A stretch of DNA of 64,000 nt, taken from assembly GCF_044704955.1 (NCBI RefSeq), contig NW_027252824.1, positions 496,001 through 560,000 on the forward strand. Reading direction: 5' to 3'. The notes beneath the pieces are model-generated. The model worked only from the letters and a program-made list of their open reading frames with translations. It ran no database searches and was not told where the DNA came from. A program made the translations under genes and the position numbers. Position 1 is the first letter of the stretch. Each line of letters begins with the position of its first letter. Origin of the DNA: Pristiophorus japonicus (Eukaryota). Of this stretch, positions 1 to 63,965 are shown in pieces.

Positions 1-50214
<50,214 letters not shown>

Positions 50215-50269
50215 CGCGGCTCTATAACAGGAAACATAATTGTTTACATATGAATTACTACCAGATTAG

Positions 50270-51207
50270 TATCAGATGACACTAAACTGGGTGACGGTAT
50301 GAGCTGTGAGGAGGATGCTAAGAGGCTACAGGGTGAATTGGAGACGTTAGGTGAATGGGCAAATGCATGGCAGATGCAGTATAATATAGATAAATGTGAG
50401 GTTATCCACTTTGGGTGCAAAAACACGAAGGTAGAATATTATCTTAATGGCGGTAGATTAGGAAAAGGGGAGGTGCAACGAGACCTGGGTGTGTTGGTAC
50501 ATCAGTCGTTAAAAGTTAGCATGCAGGTACAGCAGGCAGTGAAGAAGGCAAATGGTATGTTGTCCTTCATAGCCAGGGGATTTGAGTATAGGAGCAGGGA
50601 GGTCTTACTGCAGTTGTGCAGGGCCTTAGTGAGGCCTCATCTGGAATATTGTGTTCAGTTTTGGTCTCCTAATCTGAGGAAAGACGTGCATGCCATTGAG
50701 CGAGTGCATCGAAGGTTCACCAGACTGATTCCCGGGATGGCTGGATTGACATATGAGGAGAGACTGGATCGACTGTGCTTTTATTTATTCACTGGAGTTT
50801 AGAAGGATGAGAGGGGATCTCACAGAAAGATATTAAATTCTGACGGGACAGGAGAGGTTCGATGCAGGAACAATGTCGCTGATGTTGGGGAAGTCCAGAA
50901 CCAGGGTCACAGTCTAAGGATAAGGGGTAAGCCATTTAGGACTGAGATGAGGAGAAACTTCTTCACTCAGAAAGTTGTTAACCTGTGGAATTCCCTACCG
51001 CAGAGAGTTGTTTATGCCAGTTCATTGGATATATTCCAGAGGGAGTTAGATATGGCCCTTATGGCTAAAGGGATCAAGGGGTATGGAGCGAAAGCAGGAA
51101 AGGGGTACTGAGGTGAATGATCAGCCATGATCATATTGAAAGGTGGTGCAGGCTCGAAGGGCCGAATGGCCTACTCCTGCAACTATTTTCTATGTTTCTA
51201 TGTTTCT
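50270..51207 (+). mobile_element. CR1 LINE 3' portion
   Basis: KCEVIHFG and VRPHLEYC motifs, (TTTCTATG)n tail. Confidence 0.92.
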
Positions 51208-51504
51208 AATTTGGGGAAAAATTGCGGGTTTACTGGCCAACGTCAAGGGCGAGGGATTATCTCTGTAATCTCCTCCAACCCCTCCAACCCTCCCTATCTC
51301 TGTAATCTCCTCCAGCCCCGACACCCCTCCCTATCTCTGTAATCTCCTCCAGCCTCTACACCCCTCCCTATCCCTGTAATCTCCTCCAGCCCCAACACCC
51401 CTCCCTATCTCGAGAGCACTCGACAGGCCTTCTTCCGTTCTGTAGCCATTCTATGATTTTATGATCCACAGAATTCCCTAAAGGTGCCAGTGCAGTTGGA
51501 TAAA

Positions 51505-51975
51505 CATCAGAACATCAGAAACAGGAGCAGGAGTTGGCCATTTGGCCCCTCGAGCCTGCTCCGCCATTCAATACGATCATGGCTGATCCGATCATGGACT
51601 CAGCTCCACTTCCCTGCCCGCTCCCCATAACCTTTCACTCCCTTATCGCTCAAAAATCTGTCTATCTCCACCTTAAATGTATTCAATGGCCCAGCCTCCA
51701 CAGCTCTCTGGGACAGGGAATTCCACAGATTTAGAACCCTCTGAGAGAAGAAATTTCTCCTTTTCTCCGTTTTAAATGGGCGGGCCCTTATTCTGAAACA
51801 ATGCCCCCAAGTTCTAGATTCCCCCACGAGGGGAAACATCCTCTCTGCATCTACCCTGTCCAGCCCCCTCAGAGTCTTATGCGTTTCGATAAGATCACCT
51901 GTCATTCTACTAAACTCCAATGATTACAGGGCCAACCTGCTCAACCTTTCTTCATAAGACAATCCCCTCATCTCA
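51505..51975 (-). mobile_element. CR1 LINE 3' fragment
   Basis: FSQRVLNLWNSL...KGYGERAGKWS*. Confidence 0.88.
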
Positions 51976-53339
51976 GGAATCAACCGAGCGAATCTTCTCA
52001 AGGGCAATTAGGGATGAGCAGTAAACACAGGCCTTGGCAATGACATCCACATTCCAGGAACGAATAAAAAACAACTAATTAAATCAACTGACTTTTTTAT
52101 TAGTTGCAATTTCAGGATTTCATTATTTTATTGGGGCACTTATAATCATACTTATAAACGCAGTGGTAATATGCTCTGATTGATCCGATTAGGTTTTTAA
52201 ATGGAAGAGACCGAGGCACAGGGCCAAATTAAAACTGCAGCCAGCAACACTCTTGACACACAAACAGCAAGACAGCTAGCTTGGGAAGCAAGGTCATGTG
52301 TGGCTGCCACTGTGTTGGACTGTTATTTTATCAGCAGGCGCTAGAAACAGAGAGATTTCACCGTGAAAAGTAAGGACCCAGATCTCTACAATGGTAGCAT
52401 GTTACTTCTGTGTTGCCATTACTGTGCCAAGTATGAGTCTTGATGGTCAAAGACAGATGATGTAAGGGTGTCATAAGACCAGAATCTGCGCAACCCAAGA
52501 ATCTGTGATTGGATTTTGGGCTTGGGGTGTTGTCCAGTGATTGGTTGAGGAGGATTCCACAGGTTTTGAATGAGAGTAAGGCTGGGGAGCGAGATGGTGG
52601 GGAGGGCGGGGGGAGGCGGGAAGGGGGTGGGCGGCTCAGACACTCAGGTTGTAGAGGCATTCGACAAAGAGCCTAGGAGGGATTTGGGTTGGTGGAGAAG
52701 CCACACGCATCACACGAATCTGATGAAGGAGCCTAGTGTCTTGTACCCAGGGCATAAGAGGTAATATAAATCTAGACGGCGCTCAGATGCTGTAATGTAT
52801 CAAGTCTCACTTACACTGAATAAAATACAATTACTTTCACCAATGCGGGTCACCTCGAACTTTCGGTACTGAGAAATGAAAGCGTTAATTGTCAAAGACC
52901 CAGAAACTCAACACAAATTAACAATTGCTCGCCTTCAACACAATTCTCTCATTCAACAGGTGCCTATTCCATACTGAGGCTGACCATTGCTATTCACTTG
53001 TCACTGCATCAGAATTAAATCATTCAATAACAACAACATACATTTATATAGCGCCTTTAAAGCAGCGACACGTCCAAGGCGCTTTACAGGAGTATTGTGA
53101 GATTTTTGAAAATTGGCACCAAGCCGCAGAAGGAGTAATTAGGGCAGGTAACCAAAAGCTGGGTCAAATAGATAAGTTTTCAGAAACGTCCTGAAGGAGG
53201 AAAGAGAGGTAGAGAAGTTTAGGGAGGGAGTTTTAGAGCTTGGGGTCCAGGCAACAGAAGGCACATCAAACGATGGTGGAGTGATTATAATCAGGGATGC
53301 ACAGGAGGGTAGAATTATAGGAGCGCAGAGATCTCGGGG

Positions 53340-54780
53340 GGTTGTGGAGCTGGAGGAGATTACAGAGATAGGGAGTGGTGAAGGGGCTGGAGGAGGTTAC
53401 GGGGATAGGAAGGGGTGTATTGGCGGGAGGAGATGACAGAGATAGGGAGGGGTGTAGGGGTTGGAGGAGGTTATAGAAAGGGAGGGGTGTAGAGGCTGGA
53501 TGAAATTACAGAGCTAGGGAGGGGTGTAGGGGCTGGATGGGGTTACAGAGATAGGGGGAAGTGTATGGGCTGGAGGGGGTTACAGAGATAGGGAGGGATT
53601 TAGGGTCTGGAGGAGATTACAGAGAAAGGGAGGGGTGTAGGGGCTGGATGAGATGACAGAGATAGGGAGGGGTGTAGGGGCTGGATGGGGTTACAGAGAT
53701 AGGGGGAAGTGTATGGGCTGGAGGGGGTTACAGAGATAGGGAGGGAATAAAGGGGCTGGAGGAGATTACAGAGATAGGGAGGGGTGTAGGGGCTGGAGGA
53801 GATTAAAGAGATAGGGAGGGGTGTAGGGGCTGGAGGAGGTTACAGAGATAGGGAGGGGTGTATGGGCTGCAGGGGTTTACAGAGAGAGGGAGGGTTGTAG
53901 GGGCTGGAGGGGGTTACAGAGATATGGAGGGGTGTGGGTGTTGGAGGGGGTTACAGAGATAAGGAGGGGTGGAGTGGCTGGAGGAGGTTACAGAGATAGG
54001 GATGGGTGTATGGGCTGCAGGGGGTTACAGAGAGAGGGAGGGTTGTAGGGGCTGGAGGGGGTTACAGAGATAGGGAGGGGTGTAGGGGCTGGAGGAGATT
54101 ACAGACATAGGGAGGGGTGTATTGGTTGGAGGGGTTACAGAGATACGGAGGGGTGTGGGTGTTGGAGGGGGTTACAGCGATAAGGAGGGGTGGAGGGGCT
54201 GGAGGAGATTACAGAGATAGGGAGGGATGTAGGGGCTGGAGGAGGTTACAGAGCTAGGGAGGGGTGTAGGGGCTGGAGGAGGGTACAGAGATAGGGAGGG
54301 GTGTAGGGGCTGGAGGAGATTACAGAGATAGGGAGGAGTGTAGGGCTGGAGCAGGTTACAGAGATAGGGAGGGGCGTAGGGGCGGGAGGAAGTTACAGAG
54401 ATAGGGAGGGGTGTAGGGGCTGGAGCAGATTACAGAGATAGGGAGGAGTGTAGGGCTGGAGCAGGTTACAGAGATAGGGAGGGGCGTAGGGGCTGGAGGA
54501 AGTTACAGAGATAGGGAGGGGTGTAGGGGCTGGAGCAGATTACAGAGATAGGGAGGAGTGTAGGGCTGGTGGAGGTTACAGAGATAGAGAGGGGTGTAGC
54601 GGCTGGAGGAGCTTACAGAGATAAGGAGGGGTGTAGGGGCTGGAGCAGATTACAGAGATAGCGAGGATTGTAGGGGTTAGAGGAGGTTACAGTGATAAGG
54701 AGGGTTGTAGGGGCTGGAGGAGTTTAGAGATAGGGAGGGGTATAGGGGCTGGAGGAGTTTACAGAGATAGGGAGGCGGCG
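53340..54780 (+). repeat. 37-bp G-rich minisatellite (GGAGGAGATTACAGAGATAGGGAGGGGTGTAGGGGCT)n
   Basis: Directly visible. The same unit occurs at 13050-13420 and, inverted, at about 51260-51410. Confidence 0.95.
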
Positions 54781-54859
54781 AGGAGACTGTGGAGGGATTT
54801 GTAAACAAGGATGGTAATTTCGAAATCGAGGCGTTGCTTAACAGGGAACCAATGTAGAT

Positions 54860-55135
54860 CAGCGAGCACAGGGGGTGATGGGTGAGCGGGACTCAGTGCG
54901 AGTTAGGACACTCGGCAGTGAGCACAGGGGGTGATGGGTGAGCGGGACTCGGTGCGAGTTAGGACATGGGTCAGGGAGCACAGGGGGTGATGGGTGAGCG
55001 GTACTCGGTGCGAGTTAGGACATGGGTCAGCGAGCACGGGGTGATGGGTGAGCGGAATTCAGTGCGAGTTTGGACACTCGGCAGTGAGCACTGGGAGTGA
55101 TGGGTGAGCGGGACTCAGTGCGAGTTATGACACGG
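54860..55135 (+). repeat. About 55-bp tandem repeat (GAGCACAGGGGGTGATGGGTGAGCGGGACTCGGTGCGAGTTAGGACA...), about 5 copies
   Basis: Directly visible. The same unit occurs at 43210-43520. Confidence 0.9.
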
Positions 55136-56089
55136 GTTTCCCGACTTAACTATTAAAGACTAAAAGCTAACATTACTTTATAATACAGAACAAATAATGG
55201 AATTACTACATTTCCAGGCGTTAAGTGGTATATGTAAACCCTGTTCTTACAGAAGCAACTTATAAACAAATTGCTTTCAAGCATTTCAAGAGGGGGCAGA
55301 ATTCATGCCTGGGTACCTTAAAACCACACCATGATCCACCAGACGGTATTTTCGGCAAATTCCTCCCTCCACAGCAGCCCGCTCATTCCCAGCAAATTAA
55401 ACGCCTACATTAAAATCACAGATGAATAAATCCCTCCACCACCCGCAACGCCACCCGCCCCCCCACCCCCGCCGCATAAAAAGCAACATTTTGGGGTAGA
55501 TTTCAAATTATGCCCCCGCCCCCCCCTACCGTGAAGCTGCCGTGCCGTATCCGCCCGGATAAAACCCGCCCGATATTCATCGCCATTGTGATGAACGTAA
55601 ATTCAAGTCGGGCGGTTTCTGTGGCGGGTGCGTGAGTCCAACTCGCCGAGTTACCAGCTCCAGGTGAAATTCTTTATTGTCGCGTTTTCGTTGACTACAA
55701 TCCTGTAGCATCACTGCAAGGTTTGCAGTCTCAAACAGGCTTGAAGCAAAATCTTCCGACATTCCTCTATCGGTTAATTTGGTGCAGGTTTTCAATGTTT
55801 AAAACCAGCGCCTTTATCGAAATCCAAACACAGAATTATCATCTAAACGATAAACGTCAGCCAGTTGTTGCAGGATCAGGAAATTTGAGCTTAAGCGTTC
55901 ATGGGGATACAAGACAGTCACATTTTAGCGCGTTAAGCCATTTTATTATATCAAACTGCGAGCTGACTGAAGCTTATTTAAGCCGTGCTGTTCACAGCTA
56001 CAATATGTGGGATCATTTAGCATCGTTGCAAAGGTTCCACACTGCAAACTCGCAAGGCGTCAGTATTTCAAAACGAAATTCAAGGCAGC

Positions 56090-56600
56090 AGCAACCGGTA
56101 CAGCACGGGGTTAGTTACAGAGTAAAGTTCCCTCTGCACTGTTCCATCGAACACTCCCAGGGCAGGTACAGCACGGGGTTAGTTACAGAGTAAAGTTCCC
56201 TCTACACTGTCCCATCAAACACTCCCAGGGCAGGTACAGGGGTTTAGATATAGAGTAAAGTCCCATATATCCCATATAAAACTCCCAGGGCAGGTTCAGG
56301 GGGTTCGATACAGAGTAAAGCTCCCTCGACACTGCCCCATCAAACGCTCCCGGGGCAGGTACAGCACGGGCTAAGATACAGCGTAAAGCTCCCTCTCCAC
56401 TGTCCCATCAACCACTCCCAGGACAGGTACAGGGGGTTAGATATAGAGTAAAGCTCCCTCTACACTGTCCCCTCAAACACTCCCAGGGCAGGTACAGCAC
56501 GGGCTTATATACAGAATAAAGTTCCCTCTACACTGTCTCATCAACCACTCCCAGAACAGGTTCGGGTGGTTAGATACGGAGTAAAGCTCCCTCCACATTG
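56090..56600 (+). repeat. About 63-68-bp minisatellite (CAGGGCAGGTACAGCACGGGGTTAGATACAGAGTAAAGCTCCCTCTACACTGTCCCATCAAACACTCC)n
   Basis: About 8 copies directly visible. Confidence 0.9.
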
Positions 56601-58184
56601 TTCTAAGAAGGCCTCTCTCCTTTGCCGATGGAATATTTCCATCTCCCTGGTCTGTGACCCCTGCCTCCCCTTATGAGATTTCCAATTAACTCCGTAATCC
56701 GACTCGGAATAAACTGAGATTGAAGAACTCCTGCAGCAAAGGTCACTTGCACCCTATTCCGACATATTGAGCCCTCCGCCTGTATCAGTTTCGCGTAACT
56801 GTCATAAATATAAACGAAATCCAGAAAACCGAACCCCAAACCCTCCCAGGTGGATGGGAAGGTTGGCACGTCGCTATTCGATGAGCGTCAGTACAATTTT
56901 CCTCGGTGTTCTGGGGCCAAGATCACTAAAACAGATTATCTGGTTATTTAACTAATTTTTGTTTGTGGGAGCTTGCTTTGCGAAAATTGGGGAAACAATC
57001 AACGATCCAGAGTCAAAGGGACAGATGCGTTAAATTTAATCGAAGCATTGTTGGTTAATTTAGCAAATACAGCAGCATGGGGTTAAATTCACTGGTATAA
57101 TGAATATATTCCCCACGGCACCTGATGAGCTTTGCCAGATGAACAATCGCCTCATTGAGATTAGGTGATGTTTACATTTGTTTGTCAAAGTTTTAAAGTT
57201 TTACCTACCTTCGAGACCAACGGGGCAGATTGTGCTGGTGACTGGTGCCCTTTTTAAAAAAAATATGTATGTGCTGTATTTGTGGCCGCCTTGAGCTCCC
57301 AGAACTTTATATAGCTTTATCCGGCTTCGGTTACCGTTGGCTGTCAGTGATAGTTCTGGGTTCCTCTGCCAGAAATGAAATCCTAGCTAAAAATGTAAAT
57401 ATACTGACCTGCCATTTAATTCTCGCAATTTATGATTATGAGGTCAAATAGCTGTTGTCGGGAACAAGTTACCTGAGATGAACAAAGTTTGAAACTTGAC
57501 CCCTGTGGGATAAACGCCAATCGACTACAATTGCACCAAACACCTGCTTTGTTCTTTTAAAAACACCTTTATCCACAACTTTTCTAAAGCCCGTGAAAGT
57601 ATGTAAATGCGGACTTAAACAGTGTGTGGCAATGATGAGGGTTTGAGCGGAACATTTGTCGAACATTTGGTGACAGGAAGATACAGGAGGTAATTGAGCG
57701 GATCGATGCTATCACACCTGTTGGAACCCTGCCTGCCACTTTACACTCAGTATTGCCAAACTTTATGCACTTTGCCTTAGGTGCAGTTTTCTGACAATAT
57801 GTTTTTCCCCTCACCATGTAATTAAACTACACCCACCAGATCAAATAGCCCATCCCAGTCTTCTTTCCTAATGTATTGTTTTGTTTATCGGTTGCTTTTA
57901 AGCTTTTCTATTCAATCCTCTCTGTCGCATACCTGAGCTGTTAATTACCGATATTAAACATTGCCTACATCTGTCTGAAAATACAGATAATATATCCTGC
58001 ACCTGTGCAACCTACTCTAAAGCTCCTAAAGTAATTCAATCTTGGCCTCCCTGAAACTATTTTAACAGCATTTCAATGGAATTGGCGTTGGTCTCATCAA
58101 CAAGTCATTTCCAGATATTTCATCTGACGGTTTTAATTGAATCATGGGGTGAATTTCACTCCTTTCCAGAGCAGCACGGACCAT

Positions 58185-59380
58185 GGGCAGGAGGAGGTCA
58201 TTCGGCCCCTCGAAACTGTTACACAGGAACAGGGGGAGGCCCATTCAGCCCCTCGAGCCTGTTACACAGGAACAGGAGGAGGCCCATTCAGCCCCTCGAG
58301 CCTGTTACACAGGAACAGGAGGAGGCCCATTCAGCCCCTCGAGCCTGTTACACAGGAACAGGAGGAGGCCCATTCAGCCCCTGGAGCATGTAACACAGGA
58401 ACAGGAGGAGGCCCATTCGGCCCCTGGAGCCTGTTACACAGGAACAGGAGAAGGCCCATTCATCCCCTCGAGCCTGTTATACAGGAACAGGAGGAGGCCC
58501 ATTCTGCCCCTCGAGCCTGTTACACAGGAATAGCAGGAGGCCCATTCTGCCCCTCGAGCCTATTACACAGGAACAGGAGGAGGCCCATTCAGCCCCTCGA
58601 GCCTGTTATACAGGAACAGGAGGAGGCCCATTCTGCCCCTCGAGCCTGTTACACAGGAACAGGAGGAGGCCCATTCAGCCCTTCGAGCCTGTTACACTGG
58701 AACAGGAGGAGGCCCATTCTGCTCCTCGAACCTGTTACACAGGAATAGCAGGAGGCCCATTCAGCCCCTCGAGCCTGTTACACAGGAATAGCAGGAGGCC
58801 CATTCAGCCCTTCGAGCCTGTTACATAGGAACAGGAGGAGGCCCATTCTGCCCCTCGAGCCTGTTATACAGGAACAGGAGGAGGCCCATTCTGCCCCTCG
58901 AGCCTGTTACACAGGAATAGCAGGAGGCCCATTCTGCCCCTCGAGCCTGTTACACAGGAATAGCAGGAGGCCCATTCAACCCCTCGAGCCTGTTACACAG
59001 GAATAGCAGGAGGCCCATTCAGCCCTTCGAGCCTGTTACATAGGAACAGGAGGAGTCCCATTCTGCCCCTCGAGCCTGTTACACAGGAACAGGAGGAGGC
59101 CCATTCAGCCCCTCGAGCCTGTTACACAGGAATAGCAGGAGGCCCATTCTGCCCCTCGAGCCTGTTACACAGGAACAAGAGGCGGCCGATTCCGCCCCTC
59201 GAGCCTGTTACACAGGAACAGGAGGAGGCCCATTCAGCCCCTCGAGCCTGTTACACAGGAACAGGAGGAGGCCCATTCAGCCCCTCGAGCCTGTTACACA
59301 GGAACAGAAGGAGGCCCATTCAGCCCCTCGAGCCTGTTACATAGGAACAGGAGGAGGCCCATTCAGCCCCTCGAGCTTGC
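58185..59380 (+). repeat. 43-bp minisatellite (GGAACAGGAGGAGGCCCATTCAGCCCCTCGAGCCTGTTACACA)n at the 3' end of a minus-strand CR1 (about 59380-59780)
   Basis: Period 43 (58261, 58304, ...). The same unit occurs in a short array at about 7875-8120. Confidence 0.95.
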
Positions 59381-60019
59381 TCTGCCATTCTGTGACCTAA
59401 CTCCATCCACTCGCCTTCGGCCCATATCCCTTAATACCTTTGGTTAACAGAAATCTATCAATCTCTGATTTAAAGTTAAGATTTGATCTAGCATCAATTG
59501 TTGCCTGTGGAAGTGAAGTCCAAATGTTTAGCAGCCTTTGTGTTTCGAGGTGTTTCCTAACTTCACTCGGAAAGGCCTCACTCTAATTTTTCGACTATGT
59601 GCCCAAGACCTAGAATGCCCAACCAGCAGAAATAGTTTCTCTCCAGCTACACTATCTGTCGCCCTTAATATCCTGAAAACTTCGATCAGATCACCCCTTA
59701 CCCTGCTAAATTCCAGGGAACACAGCCCTAATTTGTGTCATCTCTTCTCGTAACTGAACCCTTAGAGTCCGGGAATCATGTTGATCCATCGCTGGTCTGC
59801 AGGGAGTGATTGACACATAACTTGCCTGAGGGGGTGGAACGCTGACTTTGCACCCTGCCCAAGATTACAATCAGGCGGGGTGTAAGACCAGACCTGCACC
59901 CAATTCCACCAGACTGGTTAAAATTGCCCGTTGGTATCACCAGTAGTTGCTGCAATTGACTTCATTGCCCATAGATTGGGAGGGGGCAATCGGCCAGGAG
60001 TTACAGAGGATTACACATG

Positions 60020-60710
60020 ATATCCAGCTCGAAAACAGGCCATTCGCCCCAACCAGTCCATGTCGGCGTTTATGCTCCACTCGAGCCTCCTCCTGTCTTT
60101 CCTTATCTAACTCTATCAGCGTAACCCTCTATTCCCTTCTCCCTCATGTGTTTGTCCAGCCTCCCCTTAAATACATCGATACTATTCACATCAACCATTC
60201 CCTGTGGCAGCGAGTTTCACATTCTCACCACCCTCTGGGTAAAGAAGTTTCTTCTGAATTCCCGATTGGATTTCCTGGTGACTATCTTGTTTGATGGCCT
60301 CTAGTTATGCTCTTCCCCAGAAGTGCAACCATTCTCTCTGTATCTACTCTATCAAAACCTTTCATCATTGTAAAAGAAAATCTCTGTTAGATCAGCCCTG
60401 CCTTCTCTTTCCAAGAGAAAAGCGAGCCAGCCTGTTCATCCTTTCCTAATTGGTATAACCTCGCAGTTCTGGTATTCTTGTAAATACTCTCTGCACCCTC
60501 TCCAGTGCCTCTATATCCTGTTTATAATATGGTGACCATAATAGTGGCAAGTGATCCATGTAGTCTAACCAAGGTTCGATACAATTTTTGCATAATCTCT
60601 CTACTTTTCAATGCTCTCCCTCTAGAGATTCTGGGCATTCTAGGTCTTGGTTTACTTTTGTTACAGCCTCATTGACCCATGTTGCAACGTTCTGTAATTT
60701 GTGCATTTGT
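60020..60710 (-). mobile_element. CR1-like LINE 3' fragment of the same family as 11365-12030
   Basis: Shared 3'UTR (CCAACCAGTCCATG...TTTATGCTCCAC) and ORF2 end. Confidence 0.8.
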
Positions 60711-61629
60711 CAGTGATTTCTGTGTCTTATTTGGATCCTGATTGCTGTCCAGAAACCCATGTTTTAAGTGTTTGGACATTCGTCCAGGACAGGAGTCGGC
60801 TCTACTGTGATGCCCCTGTTGTTGAATTGCCAAGTGGTTCTTAGCTACGTTAACTTTACTAAAGCTTCGTAGAGAGCCAGCTAATTACACGTTATGAAAC
60901 ATTCAGCAGATTTCAACTTCCCACGAATTGTTTCTCTATCAGTTCTGCTAAAAGTTGACAGTGAAATCATGAGGAATTTTCCGATGACCAGCCCTTTGGC
61001 CCGAGTGCTTAAAGTGCAAATTCCTGTCAGAGGTATGCAAGGCAGCTGGTACACCCTTTTCTTTATGCAAGCCCAGCGGAAATGATCTGATAGGTAAACG
61101 GTGGGTGTCATGACAAAAGTCAACAGATTTAGAAAGCCTTCATCTGTCACTTGTAACATGGACCCACCACTGGATTACAGGACATCCGGGAGGAGGAGAA
61201 CAAGAAGTTTATGTAAAGGTTACCAAAGGCTGTAGGAGCCTACAGTGTTCAGCCAGTTTGTGAAACATCTCCTCTAGTGTTCTTTAATTCTAATCAAATA
61301 GATTCTATCTTTGAGCCCCCAACTATATACTCATTTTCCAGTGTTATCATAGTTTCTTTGATCAATATTGTCACACTCACCCCCCCCGCCCCGCCCCCCC
61401 TACCTTTATCTTCCCCACCTTTCCTAAAAACCTTATAGCCAGGAATATTAAATTCCCAGGTGTCAGCTCACCTGTGAGCCACGTGTCATTACTGCTACTA
61501 TTTTGGAGTCCCAGGTGACCATGTGCGCCTGCAGCTCACTGGTCAAATGTACTGTGCTATGTACATTTACGCACATGCACTCCAAACCCATTTAAGACTG
61601 CCTCACATTCCCCCAACTGATTTATCCCA

Positions 61630-63725
61630 CCTCTGGAAAACATTTAAAGATCACATGGATGAACTTCAACAATTGTACATCACTGTCTGGAGTAAAAATA
61701 AAATGAGGAAGGTGGCTCAACCATGGCTAACAAGGATAGTGTTAAATCCAAGGAAGAGGCATATAAATTGGCCAGAAAAAGCAGCAAACCTAAGGACTGG
61801 GAGAAATTTAGACTTCAGCAGAGGAGGATAAAGGATTTAATTAGGAGGGGGATAATAGAGTATGAGAGGAAGCTTGCTGGGAACATAAAAACTGACTGCA
61901 AAAGCTTCTATAGATATGTGAAGAGAAAAAGATTAGTGAAGATAAACGAAGGACCCTTGCAGTCAAAATCAGGTGAATTTATAATGGGGAACAAAGAAAT
62001 GGCAGGCCAGTTGAAAAAATACTTTGGTTCTGTCTTCACTAAGGAAGACACAAATAACCTTCCGAAAATACTAGGGGACCGAGCGTCTAGTGAGAAGGAG
62101 GAACTGAAGGAAATACTTATTGGGCGGGAAATTGTGTTAGGGAAATTGATGGAATTGAAGGCCGATAGTCTGCATCCCAGAGTACTTAAGGAAATAGCCC
62201 TAGAAATAGTGGATGCATTGGTGATCATTTTCCAACAGTCTATCGAATCTGGATCAGTTCCTATGGACTGGAGGGTATCTAATGTAACACCACTTTTTTA
62301 AAAAGGAGGGAGAGAGAAAACGGGTAATTATAGACATGTTAGCCTGCCATCAGTAGTGGGGAAAATGTTGAAATCAATTATTAAAGACGAAATAGCAGCG
62401 CATTTGGAAAGCAGTGACAGGATCGGTCCATGTCAGCATGGATTTATGAAAGGGAAATCATGCTTGACAAATCTTCTTGAATTTTTTGAGGATATAACTA
62501 GTAGAATGGACAAGGGAGAACCAGTGGATGTGGTGTATTTGGACTTTCAAAAGGCTTTTGACAAGGTCCCACACAAGAGATTGGTGTGCTAACTTAAAGC
62601 ACATGGTATTGGGGGTAATGCATTGACGTGGATAGAGAATTGGTTGGCAAACAGGAAGCAGCGAGTCGGGATAAACGGTTCCATTTCAGAATGGCAGGCC
62701 GTGACTAGTGGGGTGCCGCAGGGCTCAATGCTGGGACCCCAGTTATTTACAATATACATCAATGATTTAGATGAAGGAATTGAGTGTAATATCTCCAAGT
62801 TTGCAGAAGACACTAAGCTGGGTAGCGGTGTGAGCTGTGAGGAGGATGCTAAGAGGTTGCAGGGTGAATTGGATAGGTTAGCTGATTGGGAAAAAAGCAT
62901 GGTAGATGTAGTATAATGTGGACAAATGTGAGGTTATTCACTTTGGTTTCAAAAACAGGAAGGCAGAATATTATCTGAATGGCAGCAGATTAGGAAAGGA
63001 GAGATATATCGCGACTTGGGTGTCATGGTACATCAGTCATTGAAAGTTGGCATGCAGGTACAGCAGGCGGTGAAGAAGGCAAATGGCAAGTTGGCCTTCA
63101 TATTGAGAGGATTTGAGTATAGGAGCAGGGAGGTCTTGCTGCAGTTGTACACCTCACCTGGAATATTGTCTTCAGTGTTGGTCTCTTAATTTGAGGAAGG
63201 GCGTTCTTGCTATTGAGGGAGTGCAGCGAAGGTTCACCAGACTGATTCCCGGGATGGCAGCACTGACATATGAGGAGAGACTTGGTCGGCTGGGCCTGTA
63301 TTCACTGGAGTTTAGAAGGATGAGAGCGGATCTCATAGAACCATATAAGATTTTGATGGGACGGGCAGGTTAGATCCGGGTAGAATGTTCCCGATGTTGG
63401 GGAAGTCCAGAACCAGGGGACACAGTCTTAGGATAAGGGTTAAGCCATTTAGGACTGAGATGAGGAGAAACTTCTTCACTCAGAGAGTTGTGAACCTATG
63501 GAATTCCCTACTGGAGAGAGTTGTTTATGCCAGTTCGTTGGATATATTCAAGAGGAAGTTAGCTATGGCCCTTATGGCTAAAGGGATCGAGGGGTATGGA
63601 GAGAAAGCAGGAATGGGATACTGAGGTGAATGATCAGCCATGATCTTATTGAATGGTGGTGTAGGCTCGAAGGGCCGAATGGCCTACTCCTGCATCTATT
63701 TTCTATGTATCTCTGTTTCTATGTT
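61630..63725 (+). mobile_element. CR1 LINE, 5'-truncated, with disrupted ORF2
   Basis: KSFYRYVKRKR, QHGF, GVPQGS and FAED motifs, (TTTCTATG)n tail. Confidence 0.93.
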
Positions 63726-63769
63726 TCCCTAGTGCTCCCTAGACACTCGCAGTCATCTTCGCACCTTGT

Positions 63770-63965
63770 TCATTTCCCTGATCCCCACCGCCAAAATATT
63801 TGGTAATCTTCCCCACAGCACGAGTTAACTTTCCCGCAAGGATATTGGCCCCTGCTCTGTTGAGGTGCAACCCGTCCACCTTGGACAGGCCTCTCCTGCC
63901 ACAGACTGATCCCCACGAATCGGCAGTCCTCCCTCCTGCACCATTTCTCCAACCATACGCTAATT
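63770..63965 (-). mobile_element. CR1 ORF1 SGNH-esterase fragment
   Basis: WLEKWCRREDCRFV followed by frameshifted DGLHLNRAGANILA. Confidence 0.7.

Larger units (their letters stand above)
53025..55135 (-). mobile_element. L2-clade LINE 3' fragment containing two expanded minisatellites
   Basis: L2 tail at about 53030-53340 and LHWF...RLDFEI coding at about 54790-54860. Confidence 0.82.

Noticed and set aside
52227-52340. Alternative signal-peptide exon (MTLLPKLAVLLFVCQ...) on the minus strand
   Set aside because: It has an acceptor-like site but no convincing phase-1 donor before a stop. The 50214 and 49382 exon pair fits better.
57450-57830. Possible decayed DNA-transposase fragment or first exon/promoter
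   Set aside because: Only a vague resemblance, with no supportable motif.
58076-59380. CRISPR-like array or repeat protein
   Set aside because: The units are contiguous with no unique spacers, there are no cas genes, and the unit derives from a LINE 3'UTR.
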